64,000 bases of DNA from Emiliania huxleyi CCMP1516. Lineage: Eukaryota. The notes under the pieces are model-generated. The model was not told where the DNA came from, made no database searches, and saw only the letters and a program-made list of their open reading frames with translations. The stretch lies in assembly GCF_000372725.1 (NCBI RefSeq), contig NW_005202113.1, forward strand, positions 310,001-374,000. Reading direction: 5' to 3'. The position numbers were made by a program, and so were the translations under genes. Below, piece after piece: positions 49,602 through 62,202 of the stretch; within the stretch, counting starts at the first letter, position 1, and every line of letters begins with the position of its first letter.

Positions 49602-49830
49602 GCGTTCATCACACAGACTGTGAGTCACAGTCAGTGCGACAGCTAGAGTGTGGTGTATCTTGTGTTCGCAAAGAGAATGCACGCGTCCACACGCACACAT
49701 GCACACACACGCCGACCCGCACGCACACGCGTACCCGCGCACTCGCGACTGGCGACAATCCAGACTCCGCGCGCGACCGAGAGCGAGGACCGAAGGTCAC
49801 ACTCAGCCACGAGCCAGCCCTCTCACACAC

Positions 49831-51714
49831 TCACACCAGCACGCCGCCCTCATCCTCGCACGGCTCCTCGCCGTCCTCCTCCATGCACGCCACACACTCA
49901 AACTCCGCCGCGCAGTCCGCGCAATCGGGGTCGGCGCACACGCGAGAGGCAAAGGCGCCCGGCGTGGCGGCCACGCTTGCGGCTGCCGACGGCAGCGAGG
50001 CGTCGTCGATCCCCGCGCTCTCAGCCGCCGCCGCCGCCGCCCAACCTGCCGCCTCCGCCAGCGCCTTCTCCCTCGCCGCCCTCTCTGCCGCCTCAGCCAC
50101 CGCCTCGGCCTCCGACCCTGCCGCCGCATCCGCCGCGCGCGCGGCACGCAGCCGCTGCCTAAGCTCCTGCTTGTGCGTCTCGGTGAAAGAGCCGCTCCGC
50201 ATCAACTCTCGCGCCGCCTCGTCCGCCATCGGGTAGAAGTAGTGGACGTCCCACTCGTAGGTGCGCGCGTCGACCCACGCCTTCTTGCGCGGGTCGTCGG
50301 CGCCGAGGGCGCGCGTGTCTATCATCTGAACGAGCTGCGCGTCGAAGCAGTCGCGGCAGCCGCCGTAGGCGCCGCCCTCGCGCCAGATCGGGTAGCGCAT
50401 CTTGCAGCCGCACAGCCAGCCGCGCTCCGCGCGGCTCTCTCGGAGGTCGCTCTTCAACTTCTCCTCGATGAAGCGGCGCTGCTCGGACGACTCGAAGTTG
50501 ACCTCGTCCGCGGCGGTGCCGTACTCGCCCTTCTCGACGAGGCCGTCGATGAAGTCGTCGCACTTGTCATCCGGGATGGTCTCCTCGAGGCGCAGCCGCG
50601 CGTGCAGCGACGCGAGGAGGACCGCGTGCACCTCGGCGTCCATCTTCTGCGCGGTGAGGGCGAAGCAGAGGCGGCAGGTGCGGAGCTCCTTGGTCGTGTA
50701 CCAGTGGTCGAAGCGCGAGGCGTGGGAGTACGTCGGCCACGCGACGCTCGGCCAAAGGGAGATGGCGGGCATGCAGTGCTTGATGTAGAGCTGCTCGAGC
50801 TTCCCCGCCTCCTTCCGGCCGTCGCGCGCGATGTTAAAATTCTCCTTGAAAGAAAAGGCGCGCCGGCCCTCCTGAGCGTGCGCGGCGTGGAGGGTCGGTG
50901 CGGGTGGGAGGGGTGGAGGTGAGAGCGGGGGTGTGCGCACCCGCTCGTCGCGCCGCTGGATCGCGCGGAGCTCCTCCTGGATGTCACCGCCGACGTTGGG
51001 CGCGTGCGTGCCGGAGCCGAGGTGGACGGTGATGCGCTGGAAGTGCGCGTGCGCCTCCTTGTCGCGCGCCGTCTGGTCGGCCTTGTTCTTCGCCTTTCGC
51101 GCGCGCTGCAGGTCGGCCTTCTCCTGCGCCTCCATCTCCAGCATCTGCTCGCGGAGCTTCTCGCTCGAGAGGAAGTACTCGAGCCTCTCCCGCCGCTTGC
51201 GCCGCGCCGCCTTTGCCGCGAGCGGCGCCTTGCGGTTGAGCTCCTCTCCCTTCGGCGGCTCGTAGGCGTCGGCGAGCAGGAAGTCGTGGAGGCGCGCCTC
51301 GAGGTCCCATTCCCTCTCCTTCTCCAGCACCGGCCACAGCTTGCTGCCGTCGTCGAACTTTTCGTACTCGAGCAGACACACGTCCTCGAGCGTCGGCTCG
51401 CGGCGTCCATTCGCCTCCGCTCGCACATAATGGTGGTAGCGAGGGAGGTGCAGCGGCGGCAATTTGTACGACTCATACGGCTTGTCGTCGAGCGCGGCAG
51501 CGAGCGAGGCGGTCTCCGCGAGGCCCGTCAGCTCCAGATTGCGCTCGCGAGCCTTCACCACCTCGCCGCTGCCGTCCAGCTCCACCTTCCACCGCTCACC
51601 GTCAACTCCCGCGAGACGGCCCACCTTACCGTTGAGCTCGGTACGGCTCGCGAGGTCGCGCAACGCGACTCTCTGGCCTTGAAGGCGACGCACCTCTTGC
51701 GGCGTGCGGCGCAT
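49831..51714 (-). CDS. Hypothetical protein with N-terminal SH3-like barrel, coiled coil and Cys-rich motifs; possible in-frame intron ~50874-50935
   Basis: GQRVALRDLASRTELNGKVG..RWKVELDG..VKARERNL; CRLC, CGC..CRDC, CADC..CVAC; strong GC3 coding bias. Confidence 0.65.
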   Translation of the reverse strand: MRRTPQEVRRLQGQRVALRDLASRTELNGKVGRLAGVDGERWKVELDGSGEVVKARERNLELTGLAETASLAAALDDKPYESYKLPPLHLPRYHHYVRAEANGRREPTLEDVCLLEYEKFDDGSKLWPVLEKEREWDLEARLHDFLLADAYEPPKGEELNRKAPLAAKAARRKRRERLEYFLSSEKLREQMLEMEAQEKADLQRARKAKNKADQTARDKEAHAHFQRITVHLGSGTHAPNVGGDIQEELRAIQRRDERVRTPPLSPPPLPPAPTLHAAHAQEGRRAFSFKENFNIARDGRKEAGKLEQLYIKHCMPAISLWPSVAWPTYSHASRFDHWYTTKELRTCRLCFALTAQKMDAEVHAVLLASLHARLRLEETIPDDKCDDFIDGLVEKGEYGTAADEVNFESSEQRRFIEEKLKSDLRESRAERGWLCGCKMRYPIWREGGAYGGCRDCFDAQLVQMIDTRALGADDPRKKAWVDARTYEWDVHYFYPMADEAARELMRSGSFTETHKQELRQRLRAARAADAAAGSEAEAVAEAAERAAREKALAEAAGWAAAAAAESAGIDDASLPSAAASVAATPGAFASRVCADPDCADCAAEFECVACMEEDGEEPCEDEGGVLV

Positions 51715-54700
51715 GGGATGGGATGGGATGGGATGTGCAACGACCAGTCGGAGATTTGAGCGCGAGATGTTGTTCACACCTAGATCAACCCTGCGGGAGA
51801 ACTTCACGGTGGTTCCGCTAGACGTCAAGAAAGACAGGACGCCACACACCAGTGCCAAAAGGCGGCCAGCCGCACAAGTTGACTTACACAAACACCGAAG
51901 CTGCAGGCTGTGGCTGCAGCCAGCACAGCGGACAGACAGCCCCACAACACACGCCTCTCCACGCACCACACGCTCCGCCAAGCGCGCCTCGCCCCGCAAC
52001 GCGGCGCGCAAAGGCGCCGTGCACGTGCACGATGGACTGCCGCCGCTCCGGCACCGACGGCCCGACCGACTCCACCCTGAGCCGGGTGCCTGCTCGGCGG
52101 CGTGTGGTAGGTGCGGTGGGCGGCGGCGGGAACGGAGCCGCGGCTGGAGTGAAGGGCGAGCCGCCGCCGCCGCACCACCACCACCAGCGACGATTGTTCG
52201 CGGCTCGCCCCCGCCGCCAGGCGCCGGATCGGCAGTGAGGCTCGCGGCGGCGCAGTGTAGGCGCGCCTAGAGCCACACCGGCCGCCGACAGCCCCCCCCC
52301 CCCCACCACGGCTGGGTTTGATGAGCGAGCGGTCTCCCTGCCGGCCGATGAAACCTCGCCGCCACCGCACCAGCAACACCGGGCGGGGGTCGCCTCCACT
52401 CTTCTGGTCCGAAGATGGGCTGTCNNNNNNNNNNNNNNNNNNNNNNNNNNNNNNNNNNNNNNNNNNNNNNNNNNNNNNNNNNNNNNNNNNNNNNNNNNNN
52501 NNNNNNNNNNNNNNNNNNNNNNNNAAAAGCAGAAAAGACCAGCAGAAGAGGCGAGGAAAAGGAGGATGACCGAGAAACAAAAGAACACGACGTGGACAAG
52601 GGCATTGAATGAAGAGGAAAGAGTACGAAGAAGGGGAGATTAAGAGATCGAGAGCAAGGGTCTAATTGGGAGAGCACTAGAGAAGCTAAGTGGGCGACTC
52701 GAAACGAGGACAGCCCCACTCCTCGACGTGACGGCCGCTCCCGGAGCCAGCCGGTGCGCGCCCGACCCACGCCCCCTCTCTCACACCTCCGACCCCCCCT
52801 GCGCGGCGCACCTATCCGCTGTGCGCCGGCTCGAGCGCCTATCGCCAAATCGCGACGTTTGAGCGCAGCGCACGCGTCCCACACGTCACGCGCGCGCAGG
52901 AGAGCTTGCGGCAGAGCAGTAGCGTGTACTCGCCGAGGGCATCGCGCCGAAAACCCCGCGCGTTCCGCCCCAGCAGAGGCTGCAGCCGATGTGGAAAAAA
53001 CACCACTGTAAAACGGTGAGTACTTGGGGTTGAGTGGGCTTGCTTGCTCCCTCAGCCGGGAGCAAAAATGCAAGAAAAATCGGGCGGTTTCGAGCTAGTA
53101 CACTCGACAACCCACCTTGAGAACACCCTGGAACAAAGCGTGTTCAACAACACCACAGACACTCAACATCGTTTCGGCACATTATTCTTTGTAGATGGTA
53201 CATGCATAAGGATGCCATGAGGACTGTCTCTCCTCACCGCCGCTGCCACGGCAAAGGCGGCGGCGGCGTCGTGAGGGCTCGTAGCTCAGTGGCACGCGGC
53301 TCTCACAGCCGGACCAATCATCTTGCGAGGCTCGGAGCAGAGGACAGACACGATGCCCATGGCTCATGCGGGAGGCGGAATCCATATGGCCCATATGCTT
53401 CGCTGGCGTCATGCACCCATGGTCGCAGCGCCGGTATGGATCAACATGGCTAGCTCAGCTGCAGCAGCGCGTCGAGGCAGCACTCCTCGCTCCGGAGCAG
53501 CGCCGCTCCCTGCCTGCCCTCGGAAGGCAGCCGCGGCGGAGAGAGCGGTTGGGAGGGGCACGCATTCTCGATAGCCGACGTATCGAGGATCGTAACGCAC
53601 CGCTCCAGCGGGAGGGCAGGCGGCGGCAGCGAAGAGGGAAGTCCGCACAAGCTGGCGGCCGCCAACGCCGCCTCGGGGTCGCACCGCTGCCGCAGAGACG
53701 GCGGTGTGACGGCAACCTGGCTGCCCTTGTGCTGCGCGAGACGCGCCATGCGCTCGACCTCGCGCTGCAGCGCTATCGCCCTCGTCTCCGCCGCAGCTGC
53801 CGCATGCTGGGTGGATGCAGTCCGGTCGAGCTGTGGCTCACAGTCCCTCCTCGCTTCGAGTTCGACCTGCCGCTGCAGAGCCGCGGCGCGAGTCGCGACG
53901 ATGTCGCTCCAGCCTCGGTCCATCGACACGCGAACTCAATCTGAGCACAGCTGACGCGCTCAAAGCAGGCCACAGGCCCAGCTCCACGGGTCGAGGCCGA
54001 GGTGTCTGAGGACAACTCTTCGCCGAATTGATTCACGTTCCCGGCAGAATCAGACAGAATGAAGAGAAAGCAAAGGCGCCGGCGTCCAACAAGACGTACG
54101 CCGCCGCAGCCGCAGGGTGCCACCGCGGGTGGCCAGCCCGCCGCGCCTGCGGGCCCGACCGCCGCCGCGCGCGTGCCGCCGCCGCCCACCCAGCGGCGGC
54201 GGAGTGCGCGGCTGCTTCTGTCCCTAACCCGGGCAGGAAGCGCGGGCAGCAGCAGCGCGGCAAGGGCCGCGGTGCCAGGGGCCGTGCCGATGCTGGACCC
54301 CCCGTCTCGTTGACAAGAACGCGCTGTCCGCGCGCGGCAGCGGGCCCTCGCGCCAGTCACGCTCGCCGTCGCCTGACTCTCCGCCCGCCAAGCGGGCCGC
54401 CTCCGCTGACCTCGTCCGGCTATGAAACCGATACGCCGGACGAGGTGCAGCAGGTATGCCGCGCGCTCGGCATGAGGACGCAGTTCGACGCGGCGGTGGC
54501 GGCGGGCGAGCTTCTCGAGCTGCTCGAGAGCTTGCCGCGAGGGGCGGTCGAGGCCTCTGTCCGACAGATGCGGGGTTACACCCGCACGGGCGAGTGGCCG
54601 GAGCCCATTCTCGCTAGCCCTGCCCTGCAGCGCGGCCGCTCGCCAAGCCCCCCAGATGAGTGGTCAGATGGATAGTGCCCGAGAGCGAGGGGTCCGGGGG

Positions 54701-54886
54701 GGAGCACAAATAGGACGCCCAGCCCTGCCCTCGTGCCGCCGAGTGTGTATCCTATGCGAGAGAGATCCCCTGTGCCCTGTGCCCAGCCCTCTCCGCGCGG
54801 CGATGCGCCCTCCCCCCTCGCTTTTGCAAAATCCTGCAAAGGTGGGGACGTGTCTGTTCTCGACCCAGCCCTAGCTTGGGATGTCC

Positions 54887-54906
54887 GTTTTATTTATTTA
54901 TTTATT
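54887..54906 (+). repeat. (TATT)n tail, possible 3' end of a non-LTR retroelement
   Basis: ttttatttatttatttatt ends a structured non-coding block starting ~54680. Confidence 0.35.
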
Positions 54907-55160
54907 AGCGACCCTACCTACCTGCCTCCTGCCTACACCCAGCTGACCTACCCTGACGAAGCAAAGAAAGGAAGGAAGAAAACACCAACCCAAGGTGCAA
55001 GGAGGGATGGGAAGAAAGAAAGGAAGAAAACAGACAAACCAAGAGAACTGGCCGACTGCACGCTAAAGGCTACACGCTCGCACACCACTTGCTGAGTGGC
55101 TCTCCCAGGCGCTCAGCCCATGGCGGAGGCACGCCAGGCCCCGGGGAGTCGGCCGTCACT

Positions 55161-55220
55161 CGCCTAAGCGCCTAAGCGGCCTAAGCGGGGGGGTGCTTAG
55201 GGTGCTTAGGCGCTTAGGCG
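55161..55220. repeat. Hairpin of CCTAAG/CTTAGG units
   Basis: 17-bp perfect arms cgcctaagcgcctaagc / gcttaggcgcttaggcg. Confidence 0.8.
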
Positions 55221-55448
55221 GCCCTTGCGAGCGTGGCGGCGTGGTGATATCGTAACACAAGTGACTCCAATGACACTCATGATGCTCCTGCTAGTGTCAT
55301 CGCTCAGAGAGCAGCCTCACCACGTCCACTGTCTACCACTGGCCCTGCCCCTGGTCGGCGCACACTGCCGCTGAGCAGCGCTGGTGCGGCTACTCAGCAT
55401 CAGCCTCGTCACACGCCTCCGCCAGCGCCGTGAATTCCTTATCCAGTT

Positions 55449-56003
55449 CTAATACTCTTGTATCGCTGCCTTGACCGTGTCCGCACCTGCATGGTCCAGC
55501 AAGTCGCCGTGAAAAAACCAAGCGACAGAATGGAAGCCACGGTCGTCGGGACCTGCCGAACCAGAGACGAGGTACTCCAAGCGGTCGTCGTCTTCATCGA
55601 CAGGGTTCCTCAGCGCCACCGCAGTCATCTGGCTCGGATCGCAGTAACGCACGCCGAGCACCTCTTCAATTTCCAGCAAGTCTGCGTCCATGGACCCGGC
55701 AACCTTGTCGCTGGCGAGTGGTGGCAGATGACCGACATCCCACAGCACCAGCAGCAAAGGCGGGCGGGCCGACCCCGCGGCCATCGCCGCCGCTGCCGCC
55801 TCCCCCTCCGCCGCCGACCCCTCCGCCGTCGCCGTCACCTTGGGCTGCATCACCCGCGCCGCGTCGCGCACCGGCTCGTGCTCATTCAAAGGCGCCTCGA
55901 GTTGCAGGCCAGCGGCACTGGCGTTGTCGTGGTCGGGCTGCCCAACGTCGGCGCAGGAGGGAGGGGGCAAAGCCGTTATGAAGAGCGCGAGTGCGAGCGC
56001 CAA
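55449..56003 (-). CDS. Hypothetical secreted protein
   Basis: 184-aa ORF with signal-like N-terminus, but no ATG at the annotated start. Confidence 0.3.
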   Translation of the reverse strand: MALALALFITALPPPSCADVGQPDHDNASAAGLQLEAPLNEHEPVRDAARVMQPKVTATAEGSAAEGEAAAAAMAAGSARPPLLLVLWDVGHLPPLASDKVAGSMDADLLEIEEVLGVRYCDPSQMTAVALRNPVDEDDDRLEYLVSGSAGPDDRGFHSVAWFFHGDLLDHAGADTVKAAIQEY

Positions 56004-59000
56004 GAGGGCCCAGATTCTGAGCAGCAGCCGGCCTGGTCATGCGACCACTTGCCGACGTGCGTCCAGCATTCCACTAAGGACGAACGCCGAAGTTTGCTCT
56101 CCGACGTCGTGCCGAGCGAAACCTTTTCCTTCGAAGCTCAGCGTCGTAGCCGGGCGAGCGGAGTAGGGCAGTCCTAGAGAGCACCTTGAGGCCATTCAAT
56201 AGAGCCCGTACTATAGTCGAGAGTCGCTCGCCGGCCGGCGCAGTGCTGCTCTGACTGCTCCGCCGGGCCGCCTCCGGGCCGCCGCCGCGGAGACGTGCAC
56301 ATAGGCAAGTTGGTATTTTAATATATGAACTTCAAAATAGTATTGGCTAGTCTAATTCTACTCATCACAACTCGCCAGGAACACCCCCACACTATAGGGT
56401 CACTGTGTAGCCCTGCTTAGAAGGAAAAGGTTTTGTGCAAGGTCCGTATGGCTCACCGTGTAGTCGGCCAATCTTCTACATCTCTTCAAACCAAGGGAGG
56501 GATGGGAGGACGGCACGCCGCCACCACACAGGGATTTTAAGGAGAGGAGTGTGGTGCTATAGCCGTCGCCCACCCTTGGGTGTCTGCCTCTCCTATCTCT
56601 CTTCGCAGATTCGACAACGGTATTGCTAGTTAGAGTTGTTTGGTATTGTAAGGTATTGCTAAAAATCTCTCTCTCAGTGGTCCCTCGCCGATTCTTTCTA
56701 CAAAATTCTCTCCTGATTCTCGCTGCAACCACCCAACCTTCATGCCACCTCGCGAGTCGTCCCACCCACTCTTAACCCTCGGCCCCAGTGGAGGGCGCCC
56801 GTACCGCCTAGCTCTGCGGACGGACCTCCACCCTTCACGTACGGATCAAGTCCCCAGAATAGGTGTCGTGGAATCGCTTGTCATGTGAGAGAGTCCGTTG
56901 TGTTGACCCGATGGGTTTTGACCGCGCAAGATATAAAGGGTGTCCTAAGGGCTCTGCTCGCAAGGCGCCCGCGTCGCAGACGCGGTACCATTGACAAATC
57001 TGCAATATACCCCCACACGAACAAATAGCAAAATCCGAATACCGTGCACGAACTGCGATGTCGGATGCAAGCCTTCAGCTGGTGCCAAGACATCTTACCT
57101 TATATTTCCCCGCGGCCGGTTTTCCGTTTCGGGCGACGGCACACTCACCGAGCTATCCGGGCGGGGAATCATGTCGGCGAAGGCGGGCTCTGGCATCTCG
57201 GTGATGCGCTCCGATCTCGACGCGTCGACCTCGACGGAGGTGGACGCGCACGAGGCGCAGTGGCGGGCCGGCGTCAACCGCCAAGCGCGTCCAGACGCCG
57301 CTTCGCAAAGACGGGCGGCGTCATTGGCTGCTGCAGCCAAGCAGCGGCGGATAAGGACATGAACAACATACCTGCGCAAGCCGTCGCCCGGGCGGCCGCA
57401 GGCGGTGCCATCTCAACCCACTCTCGGCACCGCTGCACGTGCGTGCTCCCTCTCCCACCCAACTCGGCTCCACTCTCGTCCACCCGCGCCCACCCCATCA
57501 TCTGCTCTCAGGCTGATTGCGGCGTGTGTTGCGCAATGCCGAGCCACCAGACGCTGGCCAGAGCATGATTGTGATGCCTCTGTCTGGGCCGGGGGGGTTT
57601 TTACCAGCGCGGGGGCAGTCCTTCGTGCCCTTGGAAAGCTTTGGGACCCTTTTTGATTTGCATCCAGTCCAGATTACCAGTGGGGGGGGGGCTTTGCCCC
57701 CCCCCCCCCCCCCCCCCCGGCAGAATGGTAAACTCGTGTCTACTCACCTCGTCGGCTCCATCGGCTGCCTCTCCTCGTGCGCCGGCTGCCTCTCCATCCA
57801 ACCGCTTCTGCGTCCCCTTCTCTGCCCGGTGCTCGCGTGTCGCGATGTCGCTCTGCCGAGAGGGTCATCGCCGGCGTAGGCGGAGCGGCGGGCCCTTCGT
57901 TACAGAGACAACAAAGACATTTCACCCCTCGGGCTGTTGTTGCAGACAGAAAAACAAATTTGGCGCGCGTGCGCGCAAGGTATGCTAGTTCGTAAAATTG
58001 AAGCCAAAGAACGTCCGCCAAATCCGTGCTTTCGGAGCAACTGAGGGGAAAGCCGCTGATCGAGCCCAGCGTGCCCGCGGCCGCCTCCCGCGCAGCACCG
58101 CCGCTGGGGACGACACGCTGCGGATTCGGATCGAGCCCATGGAGGAGGAGGGCGCGGTCGGCCAGCGCAGCAGGCGGAGTCCCTCCCCGCGCCGGAGCCC
58201 CCTGCAGTCGAGGGAGTCCTCGTTGGCGATGAAGGTGGCGACATCGAATCGCGGCCGACACACGTCACGTGGGAGGAATGGGCGATGAGCGGGAACGATG
58301 CGCGCTACGACGCCGACTCCGCCGTGCTCGTGGCCGCCAAGCAGAAAGCCGCGCTCCAGGAGCACGCCAAGATGCAATGGCTCGCTTGCTTCGATTCAGC
58401 TCTCTCGGCAGCAGAAGTGGGGCTGGAGCGGGTGGGGGTGGATGCCGATTGAGGGAGAGCGTCTCCAGCTGCGCCCTGTGGCAGCTGCGCCCTGTGGCAG
58501 CTAGTCGAGGGACTTGGTAGTTGTGACCCCCCTGAGTGAGGACAGGAGAGAGAGAGAGCGTTTTGTGGTGTTGGTGTACGCAATAACGGGACAGGGTGGT
58601 TGTTCTCTCTATCTCCTCTTCTAGCTCTTAGCATGAGCTGCGCCCTGTGTCCGACCCCTTTTGCGCAGCAACACCTTAAACTTTCAGGCCCTCCAAATTC
58701 GGGTCGGAGCGTAGCGGAGTGGGCCCCGAGTTTGAAAAGGGCGACGGACGCTTGCGTCCTAGCCTCCAACAACGCCTCCCCGGCGCAGAGGGGCCCCCGG
58801 AGGGATGCACAACCGCTCCACGCCACGCCGCTTGCGGCGGTCCTCTTCCCAGCTCCGCTGAGGGCCCGTGCACTTGGAGCACTTGGAGTGCAATCAGTAA
58901 CCTCACATCCAGGGCCGAGGAGCTCAGAAGCGCACCCAGCGGGCCGGATGATCGGTGTCGGGTTGCGGGCAAGAGAGCCCTAGCCCCGGGGGTGCGCGTT

Positions 59001-59202
59001 CGCAGGGCAAGGGCCTTAAAGTAAACACGGGTCTCCGAGGGTTGGTTCCGTGTACCGGGTTTCCCCTTAACTTCAGAACGCCCCCTCTACTCGGAGCTAG
59101 TAGACATGGGCTAGTGCCATTTCACTGTGGCACAGCTCGCGTTACAAAACCTTGATTTCACCATTTGCGCAAAAAGGTACATCTCGGTGCCTTCCAGAGG
59201 CA

Positions 59203-59344
59203 GCTGCGACTACAAGTGCGTGGCGATCTTCGACCACCACTGCCCGTGGGTCAACACCTGCATAGGGGAGGGCAACTACCGCTACTTCCTCGCCATGCTC
59301 GCTGCCGTCGGCGCGATGACGGCGCTGCAGCTCGCGACGGCGGT
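59203..59344 (+). pseudogene. DHHC palmitoyltransferase fragment (truncated or exon only)
   Basis: [32 protein letters not shown], running into the gap; no upstream DHHC exons recognised. Confidence 0.7.
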
Positions 59345-60060
59345 NNNNNNNNNNNNNNNNNNNNNNNNNNNNNNNNNNNNNNNNNNNNNNNNNNNNNNNN
59401 NNNNNNNNNNNNNNNNNNNNNNNNNNNNNNNNNNNNNNNNNNNNCTGCGCGTCCTGTGGATGTACCTTTGTCGCGCGCCGGAGATGACTCGACGCCGCTG
59501 AGATCGGAGATCAAGCTCTGACAGGTCGCACGTCGCTCCTTTGACGCCGACGTGATTTACCCGTGCAGATCACATCAGGACACGGTCTCGACGCGCTCGG
59601 TACGACGCCTGCGACCCGTCTCGGGTCAGGTGGCACGACGCTCATCGCGCCTGCCAGCGCTGCCGTGCAGGTTGCCACGACGAGGTCGAGCACGCTTCTA
59701 TACGCTCGCCCAGCCTCCCTTTCCATCCCATTAGGCAGCATGGGAACGGTGGCGATCAGAGGCAAAGCCTACGAGGGGTGGTGGAACCACATGTCACGGC
59801 TACTGCCGGCTCGACGCAACGATAGCCTCCGGAGGCTGACTTTGAGGCACCATCATCGGACGATGTCGACGATTTGGGTCGCTCTCGCGGTAGCCAGATG
59901 ACCTCTCATACTAGGAGCATCGGCCATGGCCGCAGGGAGCGCGGGGGAGGGCGCTGGAAGCAACACGGAGCTCCGTTGGAGACGTTTTCAAGATTAGCGT
60001 GTCAGAGTGAAATGGCACTAGCCATGACACTGTACACCACGCACGTACACAGGTCCTCAC

Positions 60061-61350
60061 TCAGCTTCCCGTCCCGGGGTTCCACCGCCCGCATTCCCAG
60101 GGCTCCGGTTCTCCCTGGTTCGCTCTTTTATTCGCCAGCCGAGCGTCGCCTGACGGCCGCTGTAGCCGTTTCTGATGTCTCTTCTTTGGCCGAGGTCTCG
60201 CCTCCGCGTCACCTCCGACTGGTACCGCAGCCTCCGAGAGCGTCGACGGCCCGGCCGGGGTCTCCCCGGGCGAGGACGGCGGCATTGGATCGTGTCGCCA
60301 CCCCTCCCAGGGGGGTCGAGCCCGCTCTCCCTGGTCGGCGAGTCGTGCCCGCACTCGTGGCCTCTCTATCGTCCCTGGCTCGCCCCCCCCCTCCGCCGGC
60401 TCCTCTCCAGGCTCGGGGAGGCGTGGCCCTCCCTGTCGAAGGTCGTGGTGGTCCGGTTGCCACTGCGGCTGGCCTTCCCTCGGTGAGCCCGTACGTCCCG
60501 ACTCCACTCTCAGAGGCCGCGTTAGCTCATCTCTCGCCTCCTCCGACAACTGACCCCAAGCCCCCCCTCGGGTCCTCCGGCCTCGGCTTTCCGGCTCGCC
60601 GGTGGGCCCGCTATCGTACCGCGGTAACTCCCCTCCCCCATCTCCTCCTCCCGGGTACACCAGCTTCCGGCGGGGCGGTCCCGGCCCCCCCAGGTTATTC
60701 CGAGCGGGTCCACACGGCGGCGGCCCCGCCGGCGGCGGGGGTGGAGGCGGTGGCAGGGGCGGCGGGTACGGTGGCGGCCCTCGCGGCCCAAACGCCCGGT
60801 GTGGAGCCGCTGGGGCGGCCCCACGACCCTGCAGCCGTTCCAGTGGCGTGGGTGGAAGTGGCAGTGTGGGTGGCGGAAACGATGGCGGCACTGGCGGCCG
60901 CACCGCCTGGTGCGGAACCTCAGGGGCGGCTCCTCGACCCAGCGGTCGCTCCAGCGGCGGGGGCGGAGGTGGTGGTGGCGGGGGCGGGCCCGGTGGCGGT
61001 GCCGGCCGCCGCACCTCCTGGGGCGGGGCCTCGGGGGATGCCCCCTGCCTCTGCGGCCGTTCCAGCCGTGGTTCCACGCGTCGGCCGTCCACCCCGCTCG
61101 TGGGGGGGGGCCTAGCTCTCGTCTCCCCTCGGGAGGGGGGGGGGCAGGGCCCGGATTCGTCGACGGCCCCGCCTCTCCCCCCCCCCTCTCCGCATCAGGG
61201 CGTAGACTGCCCAGTAGTCGCGTCGCCTCCCCCCTCGCCTGGTCCTTCTCGATTCGATCCCGCACCGCCCGGATATCAAAGGCCGAGTTGTGTTCGGACA
61301 GTGGGCCCGCCGATGCCACACGCCTCTTCACACAGCAGGCGTAAGAGGGG
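60061..61350 (-). other. Pro/Gly-rich low-complexity ORF region, possibly retroelement ORF1/gag-like
   Basis: Long Pro-rich reading frame with internal repeats and a stop near 61112; no catalytic motifs. Confidence 0.25.
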
Positions 61351-62202
61351 GCGGCGGAGGGGGGGGCGGCGGCGAGGGCGGTGGGGGAGACGGGTGCGGC
61401 GAGGAGGGGAGCGGCGGAGAGGGGGAGGGGAAGAGAAGAGGGAAGGAGGTTTGAGAAGGAATCGTGTGTCCCCCCCCCCCTTCTCATCGACAAAGAAAAA
61501 ACGAAGGCAAACCGATCGCGTAAACGGCGTCGAATGAAGACCGCCGAGTTTGATCGACAATCCGAGATTTGCACGCCGTCGAGCATGCCATGGCAGACGA
61601 TGCGTCAGCTTGTGCGGCGCTCGCGCCGCGCCGGCTGGCCCATCGAGGGCACTCTCTGGCGCTGTCCGGGCCAAGCGCGGCGCCGCGCATGCCGCGTGCC
61701 ACTCGCCGTGGCTTGCGGTGCAGCGCCACTGCAGCCTCGAAAACGTCGCGCACAGATCCAAGAGGCTGCCCACCAGGCAGCAGAGTGCTGCACCGGCTTG
61801 CAGCGGAGGCTGTGGCGCTGCGGCGTCGTCTCCCCGCCCTGTCCACGGAGCAGACGAGCGGCGGCACGGCCTTCCACCAGCTGCAGGAGGTGCGCCCCTC
61901 CCAGTGGAAGCACAGGATGCTCCCTCCGCATACGCAGCTTTGCGCAGCGCAGCGTACGGGCCACGCCACGCAAAGCCGACCCTCAGTCTGCCCGAGAGGC
62001 TGTCTGCGGAAGGCCTGGCAAGCACGCGCCCGCCACCTCCGCGGCCATGCCCTCCGCCCGGGCGAGCGAGCAGCAAAGAGTGGAGGCGGATCGCCATACC
62101 CAGCCAACGGCGTCTACAGCCCGAGCGTTATCTTTATCTTGTCGGCGGCGGCAGCACCACACCCCTCGCAACGTTGCTGCCGAACTCTCGCCGCCGGTCG
62201 TC

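Noticed and set aside
48963..49742. N-terminal extension of the 1252-aa ORF
   Set aside because: It runs through the direct repeat and CA-rich non-coding sequence, so it is probably fortuitous open frame
52525..54680. Protein-coding genes in this interval
   Set aside because: Only short low-complexity ORFs with no recognisable domain
61381..62202. Long N-terminal extension of RagA
   Set aside because: Homology begins at ATG 62203 and the upstream translation is low-information
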